Below, piece after piece: positions 10,308 to 18,504 of a stretch of 64,000 nt of DNA. Every line of letters begins with the position of its first letter. The stretch's first letter is position 1. The notes below the pieces were generated by a model, which saw only the letters and a program-made list of their open reading frames with translations, did no database searches and was not told the DNA's origin. This DNA comes from Rhodospirillaceae bacterium. Lineage in GTDB: Bacteria > Pseudomonadota > Alphaproteobacteria > GCA-2731375. The stretch is taken from assembly GCA_018667855.1 (NCBI GenBank), contig JABIRL010000243.1, positions 3,464-67,463 of the forward strand. Reading direction: 5' to 3'. The translations under genes and the position numbers were made by a program.

Positions 10308-11143
10308 AAGTCTTGTGCCGCACCTTTGTTGATGTCCTTTGTGCTCACGGTTGTATCGCGGCTTTTCGTTGCCGCCGGTGCGTCGTGCCGGCGACCCGCG
10401 TTCAGCGCGATACGCGGCAGGATTTCGGTTTCGGCGCGCGCGACATCGGCGGCGAAATCGATCTCGATCCAAGGCAACCCGGTGATGTCCTCAAAAGCGA
10501 ATGCGCCCCGTGGTGAGGTCAGCAGCACATCGCGGATCGTCTCCTCGTAGGGCTCGTGGCGGCGGCCTTGGTCCAGATAGAGAGCGGTCTGGGCGATAAT
10601 CAACTGGGCCGCATCGCTGGATAACTTGAACATACCCACGGATTCACCGCAGAAATCGAACCCGGTGCTCAACCATTTGCGGAATTCGACAATCTCGCCG
10701 TCCCGCACACATATCTTGACAGGTTCATCGCCCGGCTCGAAGTCACGATCGAGGAGCAGGCAGTTCCGATGGGGCGAGTTCATCAGACGTTGCAGCAGCT
10801 CTTGGTCATAGAGAATATCGGCATCCATGAGCAGCACCGGGCCGTCGCAACGCAGTTCGTCGCGCACTGTCCACAAGGTGACGATATTGCCCTCCCGATA
10901 ATCCTCATTGAATACCACCCGCACGAAATCCTGCGCGCCCAGGGCCATGATCTCTCGCTCGATTTCCTGGTATTTGTAACCGACGCCCAGCACCAATTCA
11001 TCGATGCCCTGTTGCCTGAGAATTTCGAGGTGATATTCCAGCAACGATTTACCACCGAAGCGCAATAGAACCTTCGGCGGTGGTTCCGTGATACTGGATC
11101 CGAGCCGGGCGCCGATCCCGGCCGCCAACATGACTGCCTTCAT
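10304..11143 (-). CDS. LicC-like sugar-phosphate/phospho-base cytidylyltransferase (stand-alone)
   Basis: 279 aa with an N-terminal MKAVMLAAGIGARLG P-loop-like NTP-transferase signature and overall LicC/PntC-like architecture. Confidence 0.8.
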   Translation of the reverse strand: MKAVMLAAGIGARLGSSITEPPPKVLLRFGGKSLLEYHLEILRQQGIDELVLGVGYKYQEIEREIMALGAQDFVRVVFNEDYREGNIVTLWTVRDELRCDGPVLLMDADILYDQELLQRLMNSPHRNCLLLDRDFEPGDEPVKICVRDGEIVEFRKWLSTGFDFCGESVGMFKLSSDAAQLIIAQTALYLDQGRRHEPYEETIRDVLLTSPRGAFAFEDITGLPWIEIDFAADVARAETEILPRIALNAGRRHDAPAATKSRDTTVSTKDINKGAAQDL

Positions 11144-11234
11144 TTGTGACTATTTTCCTCCAACCTGACTTGCGCCAGGATACTACCAATTTTGCCCGCT
11201 ATTCCCAAGCTTAGCGCGGCGCAGGCTAGCGGAA

Positions 11235-12104
11235 CTAGACTGGTGACCAACTCGCATGGCGCGCCAGGTTGCGCAGAATTTCGGCTTCAGGGCCAAGCCG
11301 GTCGAGACAGGACAGCGCCATCTCCTGATACCGCTGGGCCTGGATTTTCGTATCCCCGACACCAAAGAAATGGATGGCGGTACGCTTGCCGACATCGTTA
11401 CCCGGTAGCTTGCCGACTTCACCAAGACCCGCTTCCACGTCAGCGACATCATCGAGATACTGGTACGACAGCCCGAGGTTCATGCAGGCTTCATAGACGG
11501 CCGTGCGATCTTCCTCGCCGGCGCCGCAAAAAGTCGCGCCGACCCGCGCGGCCGAGGCGTAGAGGGCGCCGCTTTTCCGTCGGTAGCATTCAAGCATCGT
11601 CGCTTGTTCGTCACCACTTGTCGGCTGAGATAAATCGATCTCCTGACCCTCGATCATCAATAGAGCGGCGTTGCTCATCTCGATCGCCCCTGCCAGCCGC
11701 CGCTCGGGCGTCACGGATGGATTGTCGAGCACCGCTCGATAAGCCGTATTGATCAGGTACATCGGCGCCAGATGGACGGCCCATGCCGGGTAAACAATGT
11801 GGGCGCTGGGCTTCCCGCGCCGGTAGTCTGCATCATCCATCGACGGCAAATCGTCCAGTATCAATGACGCCCCGTGCGCCATCTCGACCCCGCAGGCAAG
11901 CGACATACAAATCGTCACGGCATCCCGGTCAAAGATGTTTCCCGCCGCGATGGCCACCATGGCGCGCCAGCGGTGTCCGCCTCCCAACACACCGTATTTG
12001 GCGGTGCGGCAGACTTCCGTGTCGTCCTGCGCCGAGAGAATCTCATCAAGGCGCTGCTCAACGGATTGTCGTACGCGCGTCTTGAAGTCCTCGAATGTGT
12101 TCAT
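11235..12104 (-). CDS. trans-Polyprenyl diphosphate synthase (FPP/GGPP synthase family)
   Basis: 289 aa with the first (LILDDLPSMDDADYRRGKP) and second (YQYLDDVADV) aspartate-rich motifs. Confidence 0.8.
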   Translation of the reverse strand: MNTFEDFKTRVRQSVEQRLDEILSAQDDTEVCRTAKYGVLGGGHRWRAMVAIAAGNIFDRDAVTICMSLACGVEMAHGASLILDDLPSMDDADYRRGKPSAHIVYPAWAVHLAPMYLINTAYRAVLDNPSVTPERRLAGAIEMSNAALLMIEGQEIDLSQPTSGDEQATMLECYRRKSGALYASAARVGATFCGAGEEDRTAVYEACMNLGLSYQYLDDVADVEAGLGEVGKLPGNDVGKRTAIHFFGVGDTKIQAQRYQEMALSCLDRLGPEAEILRNLARHASWSPV

Positions 12105-12556
12105 CAGAATTCCTAATTAAACCGATCCATGGCCTGTCAGTGAAGCTGATCTGTGAGTTCTTTTCAACCGACACCGCAACTCTATCTATTGGGTCGCGAT
12201 CAGCAGCCCCTTCGGACAGTCCGACATCATTCACGGATTGCCCTCCCATCATTTTCCATTTCGCGGTGAGATTCTCGGTCAATTCCGGCAAGGGCCCTGT
12301 CGTCGGTCATCGACCACGCACTGGATGCGAAAGCGCCGGCTGTCCGTAAAGGCATCCGAAACGAAATCCAATGACCCGCTGCTTGGTGCTCCTTCTGGTT
12401 CAGCCGCCACCGTCGGGATTCTTGAACCATGCCTGCCAAAGCGGCCTCATATTACGACGGTAAAGAACGACCTCGGCGTCTCTAAAATGATGAATATCTC
12501 CGTCCATGGCAAATCTCGCGTGCTATCGATTTGCTACGCATGATCCAAAAGGCAGA

Positions 12557-12588
12557 ATGGGTTACGTGATACATCACGTAACCCATTG
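12557..12588 (-). terminator. Perfect 15-bp-arm hairpin followed (minus strand) by a T-tract; likely rho-independent terminator of tRNA-Leu
   Basis: AATGGGTTACGTGAT-AC-ATCACGTAACCCATT sits 19 bp beyond the tRNA 3' end. The minus-strand continuation reads CTGCCTTTTGG. Confidence 0.45.
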
Positions 12589-12606
12589 AATGTCTTGAGA
12601 ATTTGT

Positions 12607-12692
12607 TGGTGCCCCTGCCCCGACTCGAACGGGGACGTCCTAAGGACAATAGATTTTGAATCTATCGCGTCTGCCAATTCCGCCACAGGGGC
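12607..12692 (-). tRNA. tRNA-Leu (anticodon CAA), type II with long variable arm, CCA encoded
   Basis: The reverse complement folds as a cloverleaf: acceptor GCCCCTG/CAGGGGC, anticodon stem ATAGA/TCTAT with loop TTCAAAA, a long variable arm and a 3' ACCA. Confidence 0.85.
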
Positions 12693-12745
12693 CCGGCCGG
12701 CATAATAGCGCCGACGGGGTTTGGGTCAATAACAAGTACCTGGTC

Positions 12746-12783
12746 TAGAGCAACCCGCGGTCAATTGGGTTCAATTGACCGCG
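12746..12783. repeat. Palindromic repeat TAGAGCAAC-CCGCGGTCAATTG-GGTT-CAATTGACCGCG (copy 1), immediately 3' of leuB
   Basis: Read directly from the sequence. A near-identical copy lies at 39625..39676. Confidence 0.6.
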
Positions 12784-12790
12784 ACATGCG

Positions 12791-13903
12791 CTAGGCCGCC
12801 AATTTATCCAATTCCCGCAGCAGGCTTTCGCCCATCACGGAGGTGGAAACCTTGGCCTTGCCGGGCTGCATGATATCCGCCGTGCGCAGGCCGCCGGCGA
12901 GGACATTTTCAACCGCTTGTTCGATCAAATCGGCATCTTCACCCAAATCAAAGGAATAGCGCAGGCCCATGGCGAAACTCAACAGGGTCGCGATGGGATT
13001 GGCCAGTTCCTGACCGGCGATATCGGGGGCGGTGCCGTGGACCGGTTCGTACAGCGCCTTGCGGCCACCGGTGGGATCCATGGCGCCCAACGAGGCCGAG
13101 GGCAGCATGCCCAGGGAGCCGGTCAGCATGGCCGCGGTATCCGACAGCATATCGCCGAACAGATTGTCGGTGACGATGACATCGAACTGCTTGGGATCGC
13201 GCACCAATTGCATGGAGCAATTGTCGGCATACATGTGGCTCAGTTCCACGTCCTGGAAAGATTCGTCCTGCAGTTTGGTGACTTCGTCGCGCCAAAGAAC
13301 GCCGGATTCCATGACATTGGCTTTTTCCACCGAACAAACCTTGCGGCCCCGTAGGCGCGCCAGCTCGAACGCCAGCACTGCTACGCGGCGAATTTCGGAG
13401 GTGGTATAGCTTTGCGTATTGATGCCCCGGCGCTGGCCGTCGGGTAGCGTTTCGATGCCGCGCGGTTCGCCGAAATATACCCCGGCGGTCAGCTCGCGGA
13501 TGATCAGAATGTCCAAACCCGAGACGACCTCCGGCTTCAGGGTCGAGGCATCGACCAAGGCGTCAAAGCAAATGGCTGGGCGCAGGTTGGCGAACAAATC
13601 CATTTCCTTGCGCAGACGCAGCAGGCCGCGTTCGGGTTTTTGTTCGAACGGCAGATCATCCCATTTCGGACCACCGACCGCGCCTAGCAGGGTTGCATCC
13701 GCCGACATGGCATCGGCCATGGTTTCATCCGTCAGGGGCGTGCCGTCGGCATCGATGGCGGCGCCGCCGACCTTGCCCTCGGAAACATCAAAGGTGACGG
13801 CACGGCGTTTGTCCATCCAGTCGATCACCCGGCGTACTTCACGCATTACTTCTGGTCCAATGCCGTCGCCCGGCAGCATCAATAAGGTTTTGTTCGAGGC
13901 CAT
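12791..13903 (-). CDS. leuB: 3-isopropylmalate dehydrogenase
   Basis: 370 aa with conserved LeuB blocks ([22 protein letters not shown]). Confidence 0.9.
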   Translation of the reverse strand: MASNKTLLMLPGDGIGPEVMREVRRVIDWMDKRRAVTFDVSEGKVGGAAIDADGTPLTDETMADAMSADATLLGAVGGPKWDDLPFEQKPERGLLRLRKEMDLFANLRPAICFDALVDASTLKPEVVSGLDILIIRELTAGVYFGEPRGIETLPDGQRRGINTQSYTTSEIRRVAVLAFELARLRGRKVCSVEKANVMESGVLWRDEVTKLQDESFQDVELSHMYADNCSMQLVRDPKQFDVIVTDNLFGDMLSDTAAMLTGSLGMLPSASLGAMDPTGGRKALYEPVHGTAPDIAGQELANPIATLLSFAMGLRYSFDLGEDADLIEQAVENVLAGGLRTADIMQPGKAKVSTSVMGESLLRELDKLAA

Positions 13904-13935
13904 ATCTTATGTGCTCACTCTATCTGGTTCGGTTC

Positions 13936-14559
13936 TTATTCAGCCGCGGCGCTGTATAGCCAGGGCTGGCCGGCCTTTTGCCGCTCTTCGAAATCGTCGA
14001 TACGGCCCTTGCGCTGCAGGGTCTGGCCGATGTCGTCCAACCCCTCCAACAGACATTGCTTGCGGAAGGGATCCATCTCGAAATTGATCACGCCGCCATC
14101 GGGCCCCGTAATCTCCTGGCTCTCCAGATTGACGGTCAGGGTAGCGTTGGAGCCGCGATCGGCATCGTCGAACAGTAATTCCAGCTGCTCCGGCGTCACC
14201 TTGATGGGCAGGATGCCGTTCTTAAAGCAGTTATTGTAGAAGATGTCCGCGAACGACGTGGAGATCACGCATTTAATGCCGAAATCAAGAATGGCCCAGG
14301 GCGCATGCTCGCGGGAGGAGCCGCAGCCGAAATTATCCCCGGCAACCAGGATCTGGGCCTCACGATAGGCCGGTTTGTTCAGCACGAAATCTTCTTTTTC
14401 GCTGCCGTCCTCGTTAAAACGCTGCTCCGCGAACAAATTCTTGCCCAGGCCGGCCCGCTGAATGGTTTTCAGATACTGCTTGGGGATGATCTTGTCCGTA
14501 TCGATATTGATGCCACGCATGGGCGCGGCGACACCGCTGACGGTTTTGAATTTTTCCAT
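13936..14559 (-). CDS. leuD: 3-isopropylmalate dehydratase small subunit
   Basis: 207 aa aconitase swivel domain ([13 protein letters not shown]). Confidence 0.9.
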   Translation of the reverse strand: MEKFKTVSGVAAPMRGINIDTDKIIPKQYLKTIQRAGLGKNLFAEQRFNEDGSEKEDFVLNKPAYREAQILVAGDNFGCGSSREHAPWAILDFGIKCVISTSFADIFYNNCFKNGILPIKVTPEQLELLFDDADRGSNATLTVNLESQEITGPDGGVINFEMDPFRKQCLLEGLDDIGQTLQRKGRIDDFEERQKAGQPWLYSAAAE

Positions 14560-14573
14560 TTTTCAGTTCTCCC

Positions 14574-15977
14574 CTAGGTAAAATCGCGCACGTCGGTCAG
14601 ATGACCGGCGATGGCGGCGGCGGCGGCCATGGCGGGGCTGACCAGGTGAGTACGTCCGCCAAAACCCTGCCGGCCTTCAAAATTCCGGTTCGAGGTAGAG
14701 GCGCAGCGTTCGCCCGGCTCCAACCTATCGGCGTTCATGGCCAGGCACATGGAACAGCCCGCATCGCGCCAATCAAAGCCGGCCTCGATCAGGATCTTAT
14801 CCAGGCCCTCTTCCTCCGCCTGATGCTTGACAAGGCCCGAACCCGGAACCACCAAAGCATGCACCCCATCGGCAACCTTGCGGCCCTTGGCGACGGCGGC
14901 GGCGGCACGGATATCCTCGATCCGGCCATTGGTGCAGGAGCCGATGAAGGCCTTGTCGATCGTCACGTCCTGCATGGGCGTGCCGGCCTCCAGCCCCATA
15001 TATTCCAAAGAGCGCTCCCAGGCGGCACGCTGGTCATCGTCGCGGGCCTGATCCAGGGTCGGTACGCTGCCGGTTATGTCGGCGACGTTTTCCGGACTTG
15101 TGCCCCAGGTAACCTGGGGGATCAATTCCGATACATCCAACGAAACATCGATATCAAAAACCGCGTCGGCATCGGTGTGGAAGGTTTTCCAATAATTCAC
15201 CGCCGCCTCGTACTGGCCCGCCTTGGGGCCCATGGCGCGGCCTTTCATGTATTCAAAGGTGGTCTCGTCGGCAGCGACAAGGCCGCCGCGGGCGCCGCCC
15301 TCGATGGACATGTTGCAGACCGTCATGCGCCCTTCCATGGACAGGGCGCGGATGGCATCGCCGGTATATTCGACCACACAGCCGGTGCCCCCCGCCGTTC
15401 CGATCTTGCGGATAATAGCCAGGATCAGGTCCTTGCCGGTGCAGCCCACGGGCAGATCGCCATTGACGTCGATCCGCATGTTCTTGGAACGCTGTTGGAT
15501 CAGGGTCTGGGTCGCCAGTACGTGTTCCACCTCCGAGGTGCCAATACCGAAGGCCAGGGCGCCAAAAGCACCGTGGGTGGCGGTGTGGCTGTCGCCGCAG
15601 ACGATCACCATGCCGGGCTGGGTAAAACCCTGTTCCGGTCCGATAATGTGGACAATGCCCTGGCGGGGATCGTCGATCTGAAAATACGGCACGTTGAATT
15701 CGGCGATGTTGGCTTCCAGGGTTTCCACCTGCAGCTTGCTCTCGGGCTCCTTGATACCCTGGTCCCGGTTGATGGTGGGAATATTGTGGTCGGCCACGGC
15801 CAGGGTGGCATCCAAGCGGTGCACCTTTCGACCGGCGGCCCGCAGACCTTCAAAGGCTTGCGGCGAGGTGACTTCATGGACCAGATGACGATCCACATAA
15901 ATCACGCAGGCGCCGTCGTCCTGCTGGTCAACCAGATGCGCGTCCCAGATTTTGTCGTAAAGCGTTTTGCCGGCCAT
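14574..15977 (-). CDS. leuC: 3-isopropylmalate dehydratase large subunit
   Basis: 467 aa aconitase family with Cys ligands (GSCTNGR, CSMCL). Confidence 0.9.
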   Translation of the reverse strand: MAGKTLYDKIWDAHLVDQQDDGACVIYVDRHLVHEVTSPQAFEGLRAAGRKVHRLDATLAVADHNIPTINRDQGIKEPESKLQVETLEANIAEFNVPYFQIDDPRQGIVHIIGPEQGFTQPGMVIVCGDSHTATHGAFGALAFGIGTSEVEHVLATQTLIQQRSKNMRIDVNGDLPVGCTGKDLILAIIRKIGTAGGTGCVVEYTGDAIRALSMEGRMTVCNMSIEGGARGGLVAADETTFEYMKGRAMGPKAGQYEAAVNYWKTFHTDADAVFDIDVSLDVSELIPQVTWGTSPENVADITGSVPTLDQARDDDQRAAWERSLEYMGLEAGTPMQDVTIDKAFIGSCTNGRIEDIRAAAAVAKGRKVADGVHALVVPGSGLVKHQAEEEGLDKILIEAGFDWRDAGCSMCLAMNADRLEPGERCASTSNRNFEGRQGFGGRTHLVSPAMAAAAAIAGHLTDVRDFT

Positions 15978-16115
15978 TGCTCAGCAGCCCCCCTGTTAAA
16001 TCCGCCCAATTTGTCCAAACCGTCTGGACGTGGACGTCACCAACATCAGGCACGCCCGACAGATCAAAAATAGAAGAGGCGCGAGTGGCCTTGCCAATCC
16101 GCCTCGCCCGAATAT

Positions 16116-16511
16116 CTATGCGTTTTTTGCTTTGCCCTTGGCCAGGCGGCGATGATCGATTTTTTCGGCGATGCGGGCTCTCTTGCCCCTCAGGCCGCGC
16201 AGGTAGTACAGCTTGGCCCGGCGGACCCGACCGCGGCGTATCACGTCGATGCTGTCGATGCGCGGCGAATGCATGGGAAAGACCCGCTCCACGCCCTCGC
16301 CATAGGAGATCTTGCGCACGGTGAAGGAGGAGTTGATGCCGGCCTGCTTTATCGCGATGCAGACACCTTCAAAGGCCTGCACCCGCTCGCGCGTACCCTC
16401 GATCACCTTGACGTTGACGCGCACGCTGTCGCCGGGGGCGAAATCGGGCACTTCATATTCGGACTTCCGGGCCTGTAGTTGGCCGTTTTCAAACTTCTGC
16501 AATAAATTCAT
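16116..16511 (-). CDS. rplS: 50S ribosomal protein L19
   Basis: [12 protein letters not shown]... L19 signature. ATG at 16511 is preceded by GAGG. The track ORF extends to a GTG at 16538. Confidence 0.85.
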   Translation of the reverse strand: MNLLQKFENGQLQARKSEYEVPDFAPGDSVRVNVKVIEGTRERVQAFEGVCIAIKQAGINSSFTVRKISYGEGVERVFPMHSPRIDSIDVIRRGRVRRAKLYYLRGLRGKRARIAEKIDHRRLAKGKAKNA

Positions 16512-16534
16512 TGCCCTAGCCTCACGATCTAGCT

Positions 16535-17328
16535 TCACGATTTACGGGAACGAAGGTACCGGTCCCAAAGGTCCGGCCGCCGCGCCCTGGTCAATTCCTC
16601 GGCCCGCTCTAAACGCCAGGCCTTGATCTTCTCATGGTGACCGGAGGTCAAAACCTCCGGCACCTCCCGCCCTTCCCAAATCTGGGGCCGGGTATATTGG
16701 GGATATTCCAATAACCCGTGGGCAAAACTTTCTTCCTCCAGCGCCGCGCTGTCACCGATTACGCCGGGTAACAGCCGCACCACCGCATCCAACAATACCA
16801 GCGCCGCGGTTTCGCCTCCCGACAGCACATAATCGCCGATGCTGACTTCCTCGATCCCGCGCCCCTCCAGGGCCCGTTGATCGACCCCTTCGAAACGCCC
16901 GCAAACCAGAACAAGGCCGTCCTGTTCCGACAATTCCCGCGCCAAAGCCTGGTCCAACCGTCGCCCCCGGGGGCTCAGGTAAATGACCCGATTATTCGTC
17001 GCGTCCGTTCCCGTCGTGCCCGCAACCGTCGTGCCCGCAACCGTCGCGCCCGCAACCGTCGCGCCGGCACTGACATGATCCACTGCATCGGCCAAGATAT
17101 CGGGCCGCATGACCATGCCGGGGCCGCCGCCAAATGGGGCATCGTCCACGGAGCGGTGTTTATCGCGCGCAAAGTTGCGAATGTCTACCGTTTCCAGCCG
17201 CCAAATGCCGTTTTTTAGGGCTTTTCCGGCCAAACTTTGCCCCAAGGGGCCCGGAAACATCTCCGGAAACAGTGTCAGGACCGTCGCAACCCAGGTTTTC
17301 TCCTCATTTGTTCCTGGCATGGTCGCCA
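16535..17328 (-). CDS. trmD: tRNA (guanine37-N1)-methyltransferase, with in-frame ATVAG pentapeptide-repeat insertion
   Basis: The TLFPEMF N-terminal block and SPOUT C-terminal blocks ([20 protein letters not shown]) are present. Start is either 17320 or 17328. The track ORF start at 17389 would run 86 bp into rimM. Confidence 0.8.
17012..17071. repeat. 15-bp x4 tandem repeat (CGTCGTGCCCGCAAC) inside trmD, in frame (ATVAG x4)
   Basis: Read directly from the sequence. Confidence 0.7.
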
Positions 17329-17888
17329 TCTTCTTCGCCGTCATCGTCGCCGTCATCGTCGCCGTCATCGTCGCCGTCATCGTCGTCATTGCCGGGATCG
17401 TTTATCACAATGCGTCCGTTTGCCATGTCGACTTGCGGTACCGCTTCCCGATCAAACGGCACCATGATGGTTTCGTTTGAGGCGCCCAGTTGAATTTCCA
17501 ACAAGTCGCCGGCGCCGAAATCGTGCATCGCCTTGATCCGGCCAAAGGCCGTACCATCGGGTAATTCAACCGCCAGACCGATCAGATCGGCATGGTAATA
17601 TTCGTCTTCCTCCGCAGGCAATTCAGGCAGGACACCGCGTTCAACGTAAAGCTTGGTGCCTCTCAAATTCTCCGCGTCATTACGATTACCGATACCGGGC
17701 ACCGCCGCCAATATTCCGCCCTTTGTCGGCCCCCGCAAGGATAGCTCCACCACTTTACCGGTTCCGTCGCGCAACGAACCGTAGGCGATGATATCTTCCG
17801 GCGCCTCGGTGAAACTACGTATCTTCACCAGGCCCTTGATGCCGTGGGCGGCGACAATCTCGCCCAGTAACAGGCGTTCGTCAGCCAT
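17304..17888 (-). CDS. rimM: Ribosome maturation factor RimM, with acidic DDDG-repeat C-terminal tail
   Basis: RimM N-terminal ([18 protein letters not shown]) and PRC barrel. The tail is encoded by a 12-bp x4 tandem repeat at about 17335..17390. Confidence 0.85.
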   Translation of the reverse strand: MADERLLLGEIVAAHGIKGLVKIRSFTEAPEDIIAYGSLRDGTGKVVELSLRGPTKGGILAAVPGIGNRNDAENLRGTKLYVERGVLPELPAEEDEYYHADLIGLAVELPDGTAFGRIKAMHDFGAGDLLEIQLGASNETIMVPFDREAVPQVDMANGRIVINDPGNDDDDGDDDGDDDGDDDGEEDGDHARNK

Positions 17889-17915
17889 GCCCCCGCACCT
17901 TGCCCGACGGCGGGC

Positions 17916-18443
17916 CTAGTCTTTCGCCGCGTCTTCGGGGGTGTCTTCAGCGGCATCTTCGGCTGCGGCTTCCTCGGCCGGTGCCTCTTCAGCTGTTTCT
18001 TCGGCAGGGGCTTCTTCTACGGCTTCTTCTATTGCAGCTTCTTCGACAGGCGCTTCCTCGGCCGGTGCTTCCTCGGCCGGAGCCTCGGCTTCAGCCTTCG
18101 CAGATTCCGCGGCTTCCGCGGCGGCGGCCATACGTTCCTGGGCCTTGGCCTTGGGTTTGGCTTTTTCCGGATTGTTGCGCTGCGCCGGCATGGGGATGAT
18201 TTCCGCCGTGCCGAGGAACCGCGCCACCCGGTCCGTGGGCTTGGCGCCCTTGTCCAGCCAATAGCGGATGCGCTCTTCCTTCAGATCGACCCGGTTTTCG
18301 TTGTCCTTGGCCAGCAAGGGATCATAGGTGCCCAGACGCTCGATATAGCGGCCGTCCCGGGGCATGCGGCTGTCCGCCACCACAATACGATAGTGCGGCC
18401 GCTTTTTTGCCCCGCCGCGGGCCAGTCTGATTTTCAATGACAT
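17916..18443 (-). CDS. rpsP: 30S ribosomal protein S16 with long Ala/Glu-rich C-terminal extension
   Basis: [33 protein letters not shown]16 core, followed by about 75 aa of (A/E/P)-rich low complexity. Confidence 0.85.
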   Translation of the reverse strand: MSLKIRLARGGAKKRPHYRIVVADSRMPRDGRYIERLGTYDPLLAKDNENRVDLKEERIRYWLDKGAKPTDRVARFLGTAEIIPMPAQRNNPEKAKPKAKAQERMAAAAEAAESAKAEAEAPAEEAPAEEAPVEEAAIEEAVEEAPAEETAEEAPAEEAAAEDAAEDTPEDAAKD

Positions 18444-18504
18444 ATGTCTGTTCCTGTTTCCTGCTTATTGCGTAATTTCGTTGATAAGTTGAATTTCGTT
18501 GGTC

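Noticed and set aside
9009-10472. Full 487-aa reading of the LicD ORF
   Set aside because: The first 55 codons are Arg-rich low complexity and overlap the upstream NTase gene. The internal ATG at 10307 gives an ATGA-coupled start and a hydrophobic N-terminus, so I annotated 9009..10307.
12105-12560. Integrase or attachment-site remnant next to tRNA-Leu
   Set aside because: There is no ORF with integrase motifs and no copy of the tRNA 3' end elsewhere in the window. Only a compositional shift is present, so I kept it as a low-confidence finding and did not annotate a mobile element.
14601-16073. 490-aa plus-strand ORF
   Set aside because: It is antisense to leuC and Gly/Ala/Arg-rich, which marks it as an artefact.
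16995-17390. CRISPR-like array suspicion from regularly spaced 12-15-bp repeats
   Set aside because: The repeats are perfectly tandem with no spacers, they are in frame inside trmD and rimM, and no cas genes are present. They are coding microsatellites, not CRISPR.
17900-18199. 99-aa Leu/Arg/Pro-rich plus-strand ORF
   Set aside because: It is the antisense reading of the S16 Ala/Glu-rich tail and mirrors that low-complexity sequence.
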